Shown in pieces: positions 1 through 9,932 of a stretch of DNA of 50,439 nt. The DNA lies in NCBI GenBank assembly GCA_026025795.1, contig JAPEUG010000093.1:1-50439 (forward strand), read 5' to 3'. The stretch comes from Thelocarpon superellum (Eukaryota). The stretch's first letter is position 1, and each line of letters begins with the position of its first letter. A program made the translations under genes and the position numbers. The notes below the pieces were generated by a model. The model saw only the letters and a program-made list of their open reading frames with translations, searched no databases and was not told the DNA's origin.

Positions 1-541
1 TCGACGGACTTGAGAGTGTCCGGATCGGCGGAAGGTGGAGTGTCGGCTCGACATCAACGGAATGAAGATATACCGGATCGAGGACGAAGCGGGGCGAAGC
101 GGGGCGAATCGAGAGACTCGACCAGGGCATCCGCGAGGAGGGATCGACAAACGAAACGACAAACGCGCCCCCGACGGATCACCGACGGACCACGGTCGGA
201 TCGCGGACGAGTCGACGAACCGATGAGCGTGACGGAAGCCAAGTCGGATCCACAGAGGTGGATCGACGACCGGTTCGACGCACACGATCAACGCCCGGAC
301 GCACGACCGGATCGACGACCGGGGCCCGACGGCGGCGGAAGGAAAGGCCCTAGCTAGTGAAATCACCAAATCACCGCGCGCAGCAAAGTGAGCAAAGCAA
401 ACGCGCGCCCAAAGGACCAAGCAACGCGGGCGGAAGGACCAAGCAACGCACATGGAAATCACCAAGGGTTCATCGCGCGCGGAAGAGACCAAGCAACGCA
501 AGCATGCTCGCAGGAATCGCCCAGACGCAGAAGGGAAAAGC

Positions 542-2333
542 CTAAGGGCAGCAAGTGTGGCACAGCCTCCCCCACACCTCCCCCCGCGACACGACGGTGA
601 CGATCCCACAGGAGGGACCCTCCGTGGTGACCAATCGTCGCCGGACGGTCGCGAGTGGGAGGGAGTGGGAGAGGCTGGCCCCCTGGCTCCCTTCTTCCTC
701 CTCTGCCGCCTCCGCCGCGGCCCCGTCCTCCTCCGCTACCCCGAGGGCCGGGGCCGGGCCAGTGGTCCCCTCGAGGGGACCCCGCTGCGCCCTCCCCTCC
801 CTCCAGGCCTGAGCACGGGCGCGCGATCGGTCGCGAGTCCGGGTACTCCGCGCCCTGCGGGCGGTGGAGTGACCCGGCTCCCCGTCGCCACGCCCGGCCC
901 GGGCTGCGCCCAACCCCCCTCGGAGGGACAGGACCGATCCCCCCAAGGGGGCCTTTGCTGGGCCCACTGCCCCCTCCCGCTCCAACCCGACTCCTGCACC
1001 ATCACCACCCTGCAGGCGCTGACGACGGGCCGCCTCCCTCGCTGCAGCTCGAGCCGCGGTGGCGAGGACAGGGGCGCGACCCGTCGTCGGCGCCTTCTTC
1101 GTCGTCTTGGACGACGACGACGACCCGGAAGGCGGCGGTGGTGTCGACCCCACCGCCACCTCCAAGGCCGCCGCCGTCGCCGTCGACGCGACCCCCCCTT
1201 GTCGCCGCGCCCCGCGAAGGGCGACGAGCCTCGGAAGACGAGAGGCTCGTGGGCGGCTGGCGTCGGGGATCAGTTCCGACGGGGTGGGGGGGGATGGTGG
1301 TGGCGCGGATGCCGCCGCCACGCCGGCCGCCTTGAGGATGGCCGCAAAGGATGGGCCGGCCCTCACTGCGCGCACAGCTTCCGGAGAAGCCACTGCGGCA
1401 GCGGCGGCGAGGGCCGGCCCAGACGATTCCTCGCGCACCATTTGGAGGCGTAACGCGTCGAGCGCGTACGCCTCCTCCTCGTCGTCGTCCTCCAGGTAGT
1501 CCGCCCAGCTCTTGACGGGGGCGGGGGCGGCACGGACCACCTGGAGGGCGTACGGGGCGGCCGGGGCGGCTGACAGCCGAGGCGGAGCTGGCCGCAGAGC
1601 GACCGCAAGCTCCTCCTCGGTCTCCTCCCAAATGGTTGGGAGGTCGCTGCGTGCATGTGTTAGCCTCAGATCTGACAGCGAGGGAGGGCAGAAGTGGAGG
1701 GGAGCGAGAGGGAGAGGGAGAAGGGGAGGGGGGGAGAGAGGGAGAGGGAGAGGGGGAGAGGGGGAGAGAGGGAGAGGGAGAGGGGGAGAGAGCGACTCAC
1801 GGTTGGATCACCACCCGCCATCGGGAGTAGTAGCCTCCGTCGTCGTCGTCGACGGAGGCCACCGACTCCGGCTCGGATGGTGGCGGCGGCGCGGCGAGCT
1901 CGGCGGGCTCGTCGGCGGCGGGTGGTGAGGCCCCTGTCGTCACGGTCAGCCATCTTGATTGCTCGGCAGACTTGGGACGGGGAGCGAGCGACGTACCAGG
2001 GAGGGGGCAGTGGCAGGGGTTGATCCCCGCAGCACCGGGGACAAAGTCCGGCGCGCGGGGATCGAGGGCGAATGCGGGGGGATGACGATCCCCGCATCCA
2101 CCCCGAGAAGACGATGGCGGCGCCGACGCGTCCGCCGACGCGGCCACCGCCAGGGAGGGAGGTGATGATGGGCACGATGGCCCCCGGCCACCGCACACCA
2201 CCATGCCCGGTCCGTCGACCGGGGCTCTCTCCTCGACCGGGGTCGAGAAGGTGGCTCCGCGGGCGCAGAGCGAAGACAGGACCGTCTCCATGTGCCCACA
2301 TTCAGGGAAGAACGTGAGCGAGTAGTTGCACAT
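542..2333 (-). CDS. Orphan low-complexity protein (~545 aa) with an N-terminal MC-x9-CGH Cys/His motif and a PAM2-like motif; exons 2333-1801 and 1646-542
   Basis: ATG at 2333 in CAAC-ATG context (MCNYSLTFFPECGH). Intron 1800-1647 has a GTGAGT donor, GCTAAC branch (1664-1659) and CAG acceptor. Splicing joins ORF 1797..2576 in frame to ORF 542..1540 (..VIQP|DLPTIWEETEEEL..VVRAAPAPVKSWADYLED). Confidence 0.6.
1698..1792. repeat. (GGGAGA)n purine-rich microsatellite inside the intron of the orphan gene
   Basis: Directly visible imperfect GGGAGA/GGGGGAGA tandem run. Confidence 0.85.
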
Positions 2334-2384
2334 GTTGACGATGTGACAATCGTCAAGCACGGTAACGGGGACGCTGGATCGAGC

Positions 2385-3240
2385 CGGAAGAATGGCGGCC
2401 GGTGCTGGGTCGCACTCGATCTCCTCGATGACCAGAGGGGAGAGTGGCGCCGTGACGCGGCGGACACACTCGATTCCGGGATGATGCACAGCGGGCGAAG
2501 GCAGAAGGGAGAATGGCGCCGAAGCGACCGTCAACCTCTGGCGAGGCGGACGCGCGACGGGGAGAATCGCCCTCAATTTCTTCTGCCGAAGAAACCGACT
2601 CGCGCGATGCCGAAGGGAGAATGCCGAGCGCCTCTCGCAGGGTGCCTTCCTCTATGACCAGAGGAAGGGGGGCAACCCAGGGGGCGAGAGTCTGCCGACC
2701 TCAATTTCTTCGGCGTGGCGAGTTGGCGTGCTGACGTCGAAGGGAGAATGCCGATCCGCTCACGCAGGGACCCTTCCTCTATGACCAGAGAAAGGGGGGA
2801 GACCCTCGGGGCGCGAGGCAGTCGACCTCAATTTCTTCAGCGACGGCGGGATGTCGCGGCGACGGGGGAAGTCGGTACAGAGACCGGCCGCCACACGTGA
2901 CGAGAAGACCCGGACACGGGGGGGGCGAAGGGAGAATGGCTGCGCCGCGAGCAATGGCGGGCCAGCCCTCAATTTCTTCGACGACCGTTTGCCGAATCGG
3001 AGGTGAGCGGTGCCGCAGGGGTGCCCTCAATTTCTCCTGCGAACAGGAGGGAGAATGACACGAGGCGGCGCTCCCTCGGAGTCGCCCTCAATTTCCTCTC
3101 GGGGGAGAGGGGAGAATGGCGCACTCGCGGCTCCCAGGCGTTGACTTCAATTTCCTCTATGACCAGAGGGGAGAATGACAACGGCGAGCTGGGAGGGGAG
3201 ACGTCGACCTGGCTGTGACAGGGCCGGGGAGTCGACGACT
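2385..3240 (+). repeat. Degenerate tandem array (~60-130 bp units) of CCTCAATTT-[stem-loop]-GGAGAATG; putative structured RNA or ssDNA element
   Basis: CCTCAATTT-like box at 2414, 2571, 2699, 2826, 2967, 3025, 3086, 3145. GGAGAATG-like box at 2439, 2616, 2743, 2931, 3050, 3111, 3170. Enclosed segments are self-complementary. Confidence 0.75.
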
Positions 3241-3838
3241 CGGGAGAGGGGAGGAGGCAGACGACGTGCCGAACACAAAGGGGGAATGACCGCGCAGCAA
3301 GCAAGGCTGGCCGGTCCTTTGAAACGGCGGAGAGACGTCTGGCGATACCGGAAGACGGGGGCGCGAATGATCAAGTGCTTTGACGGCGTTGACGGTTCAC
3401 TCTTCGCGGTATGAGGAGAAAGGAAGAAGAAGAGAAGAGGGGAGGAGAAAACAACAACAAGCGACGAGAGGGTGGGCGGCGGCCCCGCGCAGGCGAGCGG
3501 GCGCCCCAGATCAACCTTTGGGACGTCCAGATCAACTTTGCATTATTCTCTATCCGAGCGCTGGAACAGTGCCCAGGGCGCTCGTCCGGCGACGGACGAG
3601 CCCCTATATCGCCTAGACCGCGCAACAGAGTGCATGCTTGTGATCTTGGCTGGGGTTGATCCAGAGATCGGAAGGAGCGACCCACGACCATAAGACCCAA
3701 ACGAGAGGTCTGCACCCTGCTGGGTAGCAACACGCTTCGATGGGCACCCGGATCCACCGCCGGTCACTTTGCAATCCCCCTCAGATCCACCCGAGGGAAG
3801 GGTGACATGACACGATGGACGATGCCCCCGCCGCCCTG

Positions 3839-5386
3839 TCAGAACATCCTCTTCCTCTTCTTCGTGGCCCCTTGGCCCGTCCCGACCAGCTGCTCCTTGA
3901 GTTCTTTTCGCTTTCGAAGTGCTCTCTCCTCTGCTGTCTCCGATGGAGCGTCATCCTTGGCTGGACGGGGAGGTGGTGGCGTTGGCTCCTTTCCTGCCTG
4001 CAGGAAGTATCATTCATCAGATGCGATTCTGTAGATAATGTGAAAGGAGACCGAGAACATGCACAAAACTTCAGCGAACGCACCACTTCGTCCTGCATCC
4101 TCGGCACCTGCGCTCGATTGACTTCATCTCCTGTCCGCGCCACGCCAAGTGTGCCGCTCGATCCTCCTCCGACTTTCCCCAGCTTCCCTCCTTTTGATTG
4201 CGGCGATTCATGAGGCCTCTCCCCGGGGTCTTTGGTATGCGTGACACTCGGCGTTGTCCGCCGTCCCCCAATCTTGCCTATCCGCTTCCCACGCCCGGGC
4301 TGTTTCGAAATACCCGCGTCGAGCGACCGTCGACTGGCCTCCGTCACGTCCTCGGCCGGAATGCTCGGCGGCGGCGGGCGACGGGCACCCGGGTCGTCTC
4401 CAACTGCGTCCTCGTCCTCGGTCGTCTCATCGTCCAGCGTGTGTGTCACTGGCAGCTTGCCATCGGCCTCACCGGGCGGGGGAGCGCGCGGAGAGAGAGG
4501 CCCCTACAGTCACAGTCAGAGCAGATCGAGATACTGAACGTAGGAGTCTTGGCACCTGAGCTTGGTCATCAACGTCTGAAGGTTGGCGGTCTACAAGGTG
4601 CTCCCACCAGTGCACTCTGTCCTGCTCCCGGCGCTGGCTGTCCTCGGATCCTCCCGCCTCGCGACGCAAGCCCCGCACGCCATCTGAGGTGAGCGCCGCG
4701 AGAGCCTCGCTCGACCTGAGGTCCCCACGCGTCGCACCGTCCTCGTGTCGCCAGCGTTCAACGTCAAAGACGTCGAGGCCCTTGATAAACTGCCCCGCCT
4801 GCACCCGAGACGAGGGTCGGCCCCCTGACCTTAGGCCTGCGGCGCCGGGAAAGACCATGGCGAGATCCATGCCTGACGAGTCAAGCTTGTCCACCAACTT
4901 GTCGATGACATGGTCCTTGTCTTTCAGGTGGGCGAGCAAGCGCTCGACGAGCGACGACTGCGCCCGTTGTAGGGTCAGTAGCGGCCGAATGACGTCGCGG
5001 GTCAGCGACTCTGGCGTCGCGCGTGACAGGGCAAAGGACCACTGCAAGGCCTTCAGCGGGGCGGGAAGAGGGCAGGTGACGTCTAAGCTCAGATCATGTT
5101 CGTGCCGGCGGTGCAGGCTCCAGGTCGCGGGGGCGTCGCCATTGAGCGCCGCCTCGAGCGTGCGGAGCAGGATGAGAAGCTGGGCCGGATCCCCGCTGGG
5201 GTCGATGCTGGTCTCGTCGAGCCAGGCGCGGTTGAGGATGTCCTGGCGTGCGAGAGCCTCGGACCAGACATATGTCAGGTCGGTCAGGTCGACGGCATAA
5301 GCCGTGCCCGTGAATGTATGCTGGACCAGCAACGGAGGGGCCCCGCGCGAGATGGACGAGGGCGGCAGGGGATGCCACGGAGTCAT
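3839..5386 (-). CDS. XLF1: XRCC4-like factor (XLF/Cernunnos/Nej1), NHEJ protein; exons 5386-4556, 4503-4084, 3997-3839
   Basis: XLF head motif (LTDLTYVWSEAL..SIDPS..QLLILL..LPAPLKALQWSF) and coiled coil (KDKDHVIDKLVDKL). GKIGG/GKVGG repeats and a basic C-terminus EERALRKRKELKEQL..KKRKRMF* are recovered by two phase-0 GT-AG introns (4555-4504, 4083-3998). Confidence 0.85.
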
Positions 5387-6350
5387 GGCGACGCAGGGAA
5401 GCCGCAGCGTCGCCCGCGGAGACGGGACCACCGGCACCAGCTCAAAGCCCCGCCGGTAAGGCGAACGAGACCCGGTCCCCTTCAGCCGGATCACCGGCGT
5501 CCGCGAGCCTGGCAGGGCGTCGCGGTGATGACGGACGAATCAATGGCGGCTACCAATCGGACCTATGGCGATCAGCGGGCTCCCGTCGTGCGTCTGGCAC
5601 CAGTCAGGGAGGCACCCACCAAATGTAGGGAACGTTGGTCGACCATGGACACGGGATCATTCGGGCGCCCACCTCACCAACTCACCGCCTTACCACCCTA
5701 CCACCTTACCTTCTTACCACCTTACCCCCTCAGCGTGTCCGGGGCGGGTCACGGCCAGGGAGGTGACACACGAGCGTGGGGTTCGTTGGGTCGGTGGACG
5801 GCGTGGACCTATCGCTGGCATCGTCACCTTCGCTGGCCTGTACGACCGTCGCCTCACTGGTTCATCTGGGTCTGCATCAGGGCCCACGGGCAGCCCGTCA
5901 CCAGACTCGTTGGTCTACCCTGCAGCTTCTAGAAGGAGGGGCGTGGGGACAAGGACGTGGGATGGGATTCTAGAAGGGTGGGTGGGACGTGAATGTACAC
6001 CGGTCCATCTACGCTCTTTGAGGTAGATTTCTTTGTGGTGTTAGTGGCCGTCTCTTGACCACGTTGGACCAGTTGCCTCCCGTCGGCCGACGCGTGAGGC
6101 GATCAGTGAGACGGGAGATGTCAGACGAGAAACGTCGATGCTGGCTGCACGAGGGGCGCGACCGGATCAACGTAGACCTACCATGACCCAACAGGCCTAG
6201 TGGCTCGTGCTGGAGAGCAGGGTGAGCAGCGTGGAGTAGGGCGAGGCAGGGGATCCGAAAGTGACAAACGTCATCCGATTCTCCCTCTCCACGAGCCGTG
6301 GTGGTTGAATCGAGCAGATCCACTGCCGTCCCTCTTCGCCGGGCTTCGCC

Positions 6351-7997
6351 ATGACCGGTCCGGCACCTCCCCCATGGCGGTCCCGGCCGGCCGCGTCCGT
6401 GGTGCCGGCCAAGCGCGGAGCAAATACGCAGGAAGCGGAGTGGGTGGCCAAGGAGGACGTCTTCGTCCTGACCCAAGCCAAGAAAAAGGCCGAGATCCGC
6501 GTGCGTGAAGGCCGGGCGCGTCCGATTGACTGGTTGGCCGTCACCTTACGCGTCATCGAGCCTCATCGTGACCTGCTGGAGGATGACACGGCCGACCCCG
6601 ACCTCGACGTGGTCGACCCGGAAGGCGTGCTGGAGGGGCTCAAGGACGGCGAATTGCTCGAACTCGAAAAGGACATCGACACCTACCTTGCCTTGGAGAC
6701 GAACCGCGCCAGTCGGGAATACTGGAACGTGAGTGGATGCCCCGCCCGGTCCCGCTCCGCTTCCCGCTCGACGCTGACCGTGATGCAGACGATGAAAGTC
6801 ATCTGCACCGACCGCCGACAGACGTCTCGCGGTGCGGCGCCCGAGGGTCGCGCCGTGAGCTCGGTGGCGGCGGACGTGGACCGGCTGTTGGCACGGAAGT
6901 CCCTTGCCGAGCTCGAGACGTTGGAGAGGCAGATTACCACGAAGCTCCAGTCCAACGAGCCGGTCGACGTCGACTACTGGGAGCAGTTGCTGCGGAGCCT
7001 GACGGTCTGGAAGGCCCGCGCACAGCTGAAGCAGGTCTATCAGTCCGTCGTCGACAGTCGGCTGCAACGGCAGCGCAAGCAGCAACACGAGGAGGCCGAG
7101 ACGGTGCGGCAGAAGCTCCAGGTCATCCTGGCCGGTCCTCAGCCCGTCCACGAAGCCGCGGGCACGGGTCTCGCCGGCGGGGATCCGGGCGCCACGCACG
7201 ACGCTCGCTCGAGCACCCGGCTGGCCTACGCACGCGAGCTGGACCCCGAGCCGCTGCTGAAGATGAGGGCCGAGGACACGGGGGTGGAGAGGGTGGACGA
7301 AGCGGACTTCCTCGCCAACGTGGTGGCGGATCGTCGGAAGCTCTGGAAACTGGGCGCCCTTCCCTCACGCCCCCGGCCGGCGGAGCGATCGTCGGGCATG
7401 GTCACGGCCAAGCCGGCCGAGGCGGGGGTGCCCGGGTCGTCGCGCTTCGCCGCAGTGCTGAGCCAGGACTTCTCGCATGCCACCAATGCTCTGTTCGAGC
7501 GCGAGGTGGCGCGCGGCGTGAGCGAGAACGAGGAGATCTTCGCGGGCGAGGAGGACGTGGCGACGGCCGCGAAGCCGCAGTGGGCGGGCAAGCATCGGCC
7601 GCGGAAGCCGCGATACTTCAACCGGGTGCAGATGGGGTACGAGTGGAACAAGTACAACCAGACGCACTACGATCACGACAACCCGCCGCCCAAGGTGGTG
7701 CAGGGGTACAAGTTCAACATCTTCTACCCCGATCTGATCGACAAGACCACGGCGCCGACGTACCGCATCGAACGCGAGCACGGGCGCAAGCGGGGACAGT
7801 CCTTTGCCCCCGCGGGCGAGGAGGACACCTGTCTCATCCGCTTCGTCGCCGGCCCGCCCTACGAGGACGTGGCCTTCCGCATCGTCGACAAGGAGTGGGA
7901 CTACAGCGCGAAGCGAGAGCGAGGCTTCAAGAGCAGCTTCGACAAGGGCATCCTGCAGCTGCACTTTCAGTTCAAGAAGATTTACTACCGCAAGTGA
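6351..7997 (+). CDS. CACTIN: Cactin (spliceosome-associated factor); in-frame 60-nt intron 6729-6788
   Basis: Cactin mid domain (FVLTQAKKKAEIRVREGRARPID) and C-terminal domain (KPRYFNRVQMGYEWNKYNQTHYDHDNPPPKVVQGYKFNIFYPDLIDK..GPPYEDVAFRIV). Intron GTGAGT..GCTGAC..CAG. Confidence 0.93.
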   Translation: MTGPAPPPWRSRPAASVVPAKRGANTQEAEWVAKEDVFVLTQAKKKAEIRVREGRARPIDWLAVTLRVIEPHRDLLEDDTADPDLDVVDPEGVLEGLKDGELLELEKDIDTYLALETNRASREYWNVSGCPARSRSASRSTLTVMQTMKVICTDRRQTSRGAAPEGRAVSSVAADVDRLLARKSLAELETLERQITTKLQSNEPVDVDYWEQLLRSLTVWKARAQLKQVYQSVVDSRLQRQRKQQHEEAETVRQKLQVILAGPQPVHEAAGTGLAGGDPGATHDARSSTRLAYARELDPEPLLKMRAEDTGVERVDEADFLANVVADRRKLWKLGALPSRPRPAERSSGMVTAKPAEAGVPGSSRFAAVLSQDFSHATNALFEREVARGVSENEEIFAGEEDVATAAKPQWAGKHRPRKPRYFNRVQMGYEWNKYNQTHYDHDNPPPKVVQGYKFNIFYPDLIDKTTAPTYRIEREHGRKRGQSFAPAGEEDTCLIRFVAGPPYEDVAFRIVDKEWDYSAKRERGFKSSFDKGILQLHFQFKKIYYRK

Positions 7998-8235
7998 GGG
8001 GAGCATGAGGCGGCGGCAGCGGAGGAGGACCGTCTGGACGCCCCCGTCTCCCGGAACCGACGGGCCGCACGCGACGGCCGGTGCACCGAGCACGACGTCG
8101 CCGCCGCCGCCGTCGCGGTGACACATGCCACGGGCGGCGGTCTGGCAAGTCCAGGCGCGGATGAGCTGTGAGGTCGCACCGGCTCACTGCATGGAAGCGA
8201 AGGCGAGGGGCGCTGGCTTGACGGACGAGTCGTAT

Positions 8236-8826
8236 GTACCGCACGTACCGCATGTACCGCATGTACCTACCGTACCCCCATCCTCTCCGTACCAGGCCCT
8301 CCCCTCTGGTGTGATGTGATGCGGTGTATGACTAGCTCGCGGCCCTCTGCGACCTGGCGGATCTGGATGTGACGGACAGCGGACAACGGACAACGTCCGC
8401 CACGGCCACGGCCACGGCCACGGCCACTGCCACTGCCACTGCCACTGCCACTGTCACGGCCACTGCCCTTGCCCTTGCCCTGAGTCATGTTTCCCCCGAG
8501 CCCTGCCCGATGCCCTGTGTCCGTGTCTGTGTCCGTGTCTGTGTCCGTGCTGGTGCCCAGGGCCTCGCCCGACCCCATGGCCGGCTGACCTTGCCTTGCC
8601 TCCATCTCGCCGCCCCCCGACCACGCTGGCCGACGACCGGCGAGGGTGATGTCTGGTGCGCCACGCATCGCGGGGAAGCCGGAACGGTCCTCCGCGAGAA
8701 AAAGAGTGGGCATCGACCGGGTAGAGCGAGAATAAGCACTTTACGGGCCCAAGCCCAAGCCCAAGGTCAAGCCCAAGCCCGTGCCCATGCCCATGCCCAT
8801 GCCCAGGCCCATGCCCTTGCTCATGC
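8236..8826. repeat. Cluster of microsatellites: (GTACCGCAY)n, (GCCACG/GCCACT)n, (GTGTCC/GTGTCT)n, (GCCCAA/GCCCAT)n
   Basis: Visible tandem runs at ~8236-8275, 8399-8465, 8517-8549 and 8747-8826. Confidence 0.8.
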
Positions 8827-9932
8827 CACCCTTTCCCTCTGCCTCTGCCTCGGGTCCACGGTGGAGCGATCGTCCGTAGCGCCTTTTCTCCTTCGCTCGC
8901 GCGTCCTGGACGCACGGCAGCTTCCCCGGGCCGGGCGGCGACGGCTGGGCGATCCGCCACCGACCTTGCCGGCCTCCTTCCATGATGGCGCGCAGACTGT
9001 TCTTCGGTGGGCCTGCGCGGGGCCGGACGCCACCATCCTAGAACCCGACGAATACCACGACGGTAGGGCCATGCCGGTCATGCAGCGGTCCGTGCTACCG
9101 TCTGCAGCCCCCGGTCGCCATCTTGTTTGCTACACCCCGGCATGGAGCGGGACAGGGAAGGTGGGAGGGGGGAGGAGGAAGCAGGAAAGGGTCGGGTGGC
9201 CCACGTCCCCCCCGGACGCCATCGCGCCCCGGCTCATTCAAGCCCCACGCCGAGACGTGCCACCAAAGATCGATGACAGGTCGTGCCGGACGTCGGTCAT
9301 TGGCCCTGCACGCCACGCCACGATGCTGTCCGGCAGCATCGCTTCGCATCGCGAGCGGGCAGGCAGGCAGGCAGCGCGACGAGACTGCACCCATCGACGA
9401 GCCATGCCATCTCGAGCTCCACGAGGGCGAGGCCGCGGCGGCGGCTGTGACGACCTCAGGCTCGCTCCGCACCTCGCTCGGCACGCGTCGTGCCCAACCC
9501 AGCCCCACGCCGGCCACAGTCCGTGGTCCGTGGTCCGTGGTCCGTGGTCCATGGCCCATGGTCCACCGTCCGTTTGCTCCCGCCCAGGGTGATCTGATGG
9601 CGTCAAGGCCACCATGTGCGCTGGCAGCGCGCCTGCAGCCCACTCCGCGGGCCAAGCTCCCCCTCCTTCCCACTGCGAATGCGAGCGCGACGCCGACGGC
9701 CACCACGGCCACGGCCACGGCGAGGCGAGGCAACCGGGGGCGGACGAGACATATCTAGAGCTCGTCGGCCCGTCCCCTTCCAGGTGTCTCATCGACCACG
9801 GGTGGCATCAGACATACCGCGTCTCCCGCCCCCCGCCCCCCGTCCCCCGCCAATTGTCTTGACCTCCATCCACCGCTGCCAATACCTCGACCTGACCTGA
9901 GCTCCTCACCTTGACCATAGCTCCCGCCGATC

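Noticed and set aside
452..1453. 333-aa plus-strand Arg/Gly/Pro-rich ORF
   Set aside because: Antisense shadow of the spliced minus-strand gene, which has canonical intron support.
2385..3240. CRISPR array interpretation of the repeat-and-spacer pattern
   Set aside because: Eukaryotic context, no cas genes, degenerate repeats and variable periodicity.
2385..3240. Hammerhead ribozyme or retrozyme identity for the array
   Set aside because: No CUGAnGA core paired with GAAA was found in the units on either strand.
2415..3304. Minus-strand protein repeat (SPLVIEEIE / ILPS) in several short ORFs
   Set aside because: Units fall in all three frames and the 16-nt inserts break frame. A heavily decayed pseudogene is not fully excluded.
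6729..6788. Apparent peptide insertions in cactin and in the Zn2Cys6 motif (48825-48887)
   Set aside because: Both are in-frame, stop-free introns with canonical splice signals.
8369..9592. 407-aa plus-strand ORF upstream of the forkhead gene
   Set aside because: Non-ATG start, built from microsatellites, no domain-like content.
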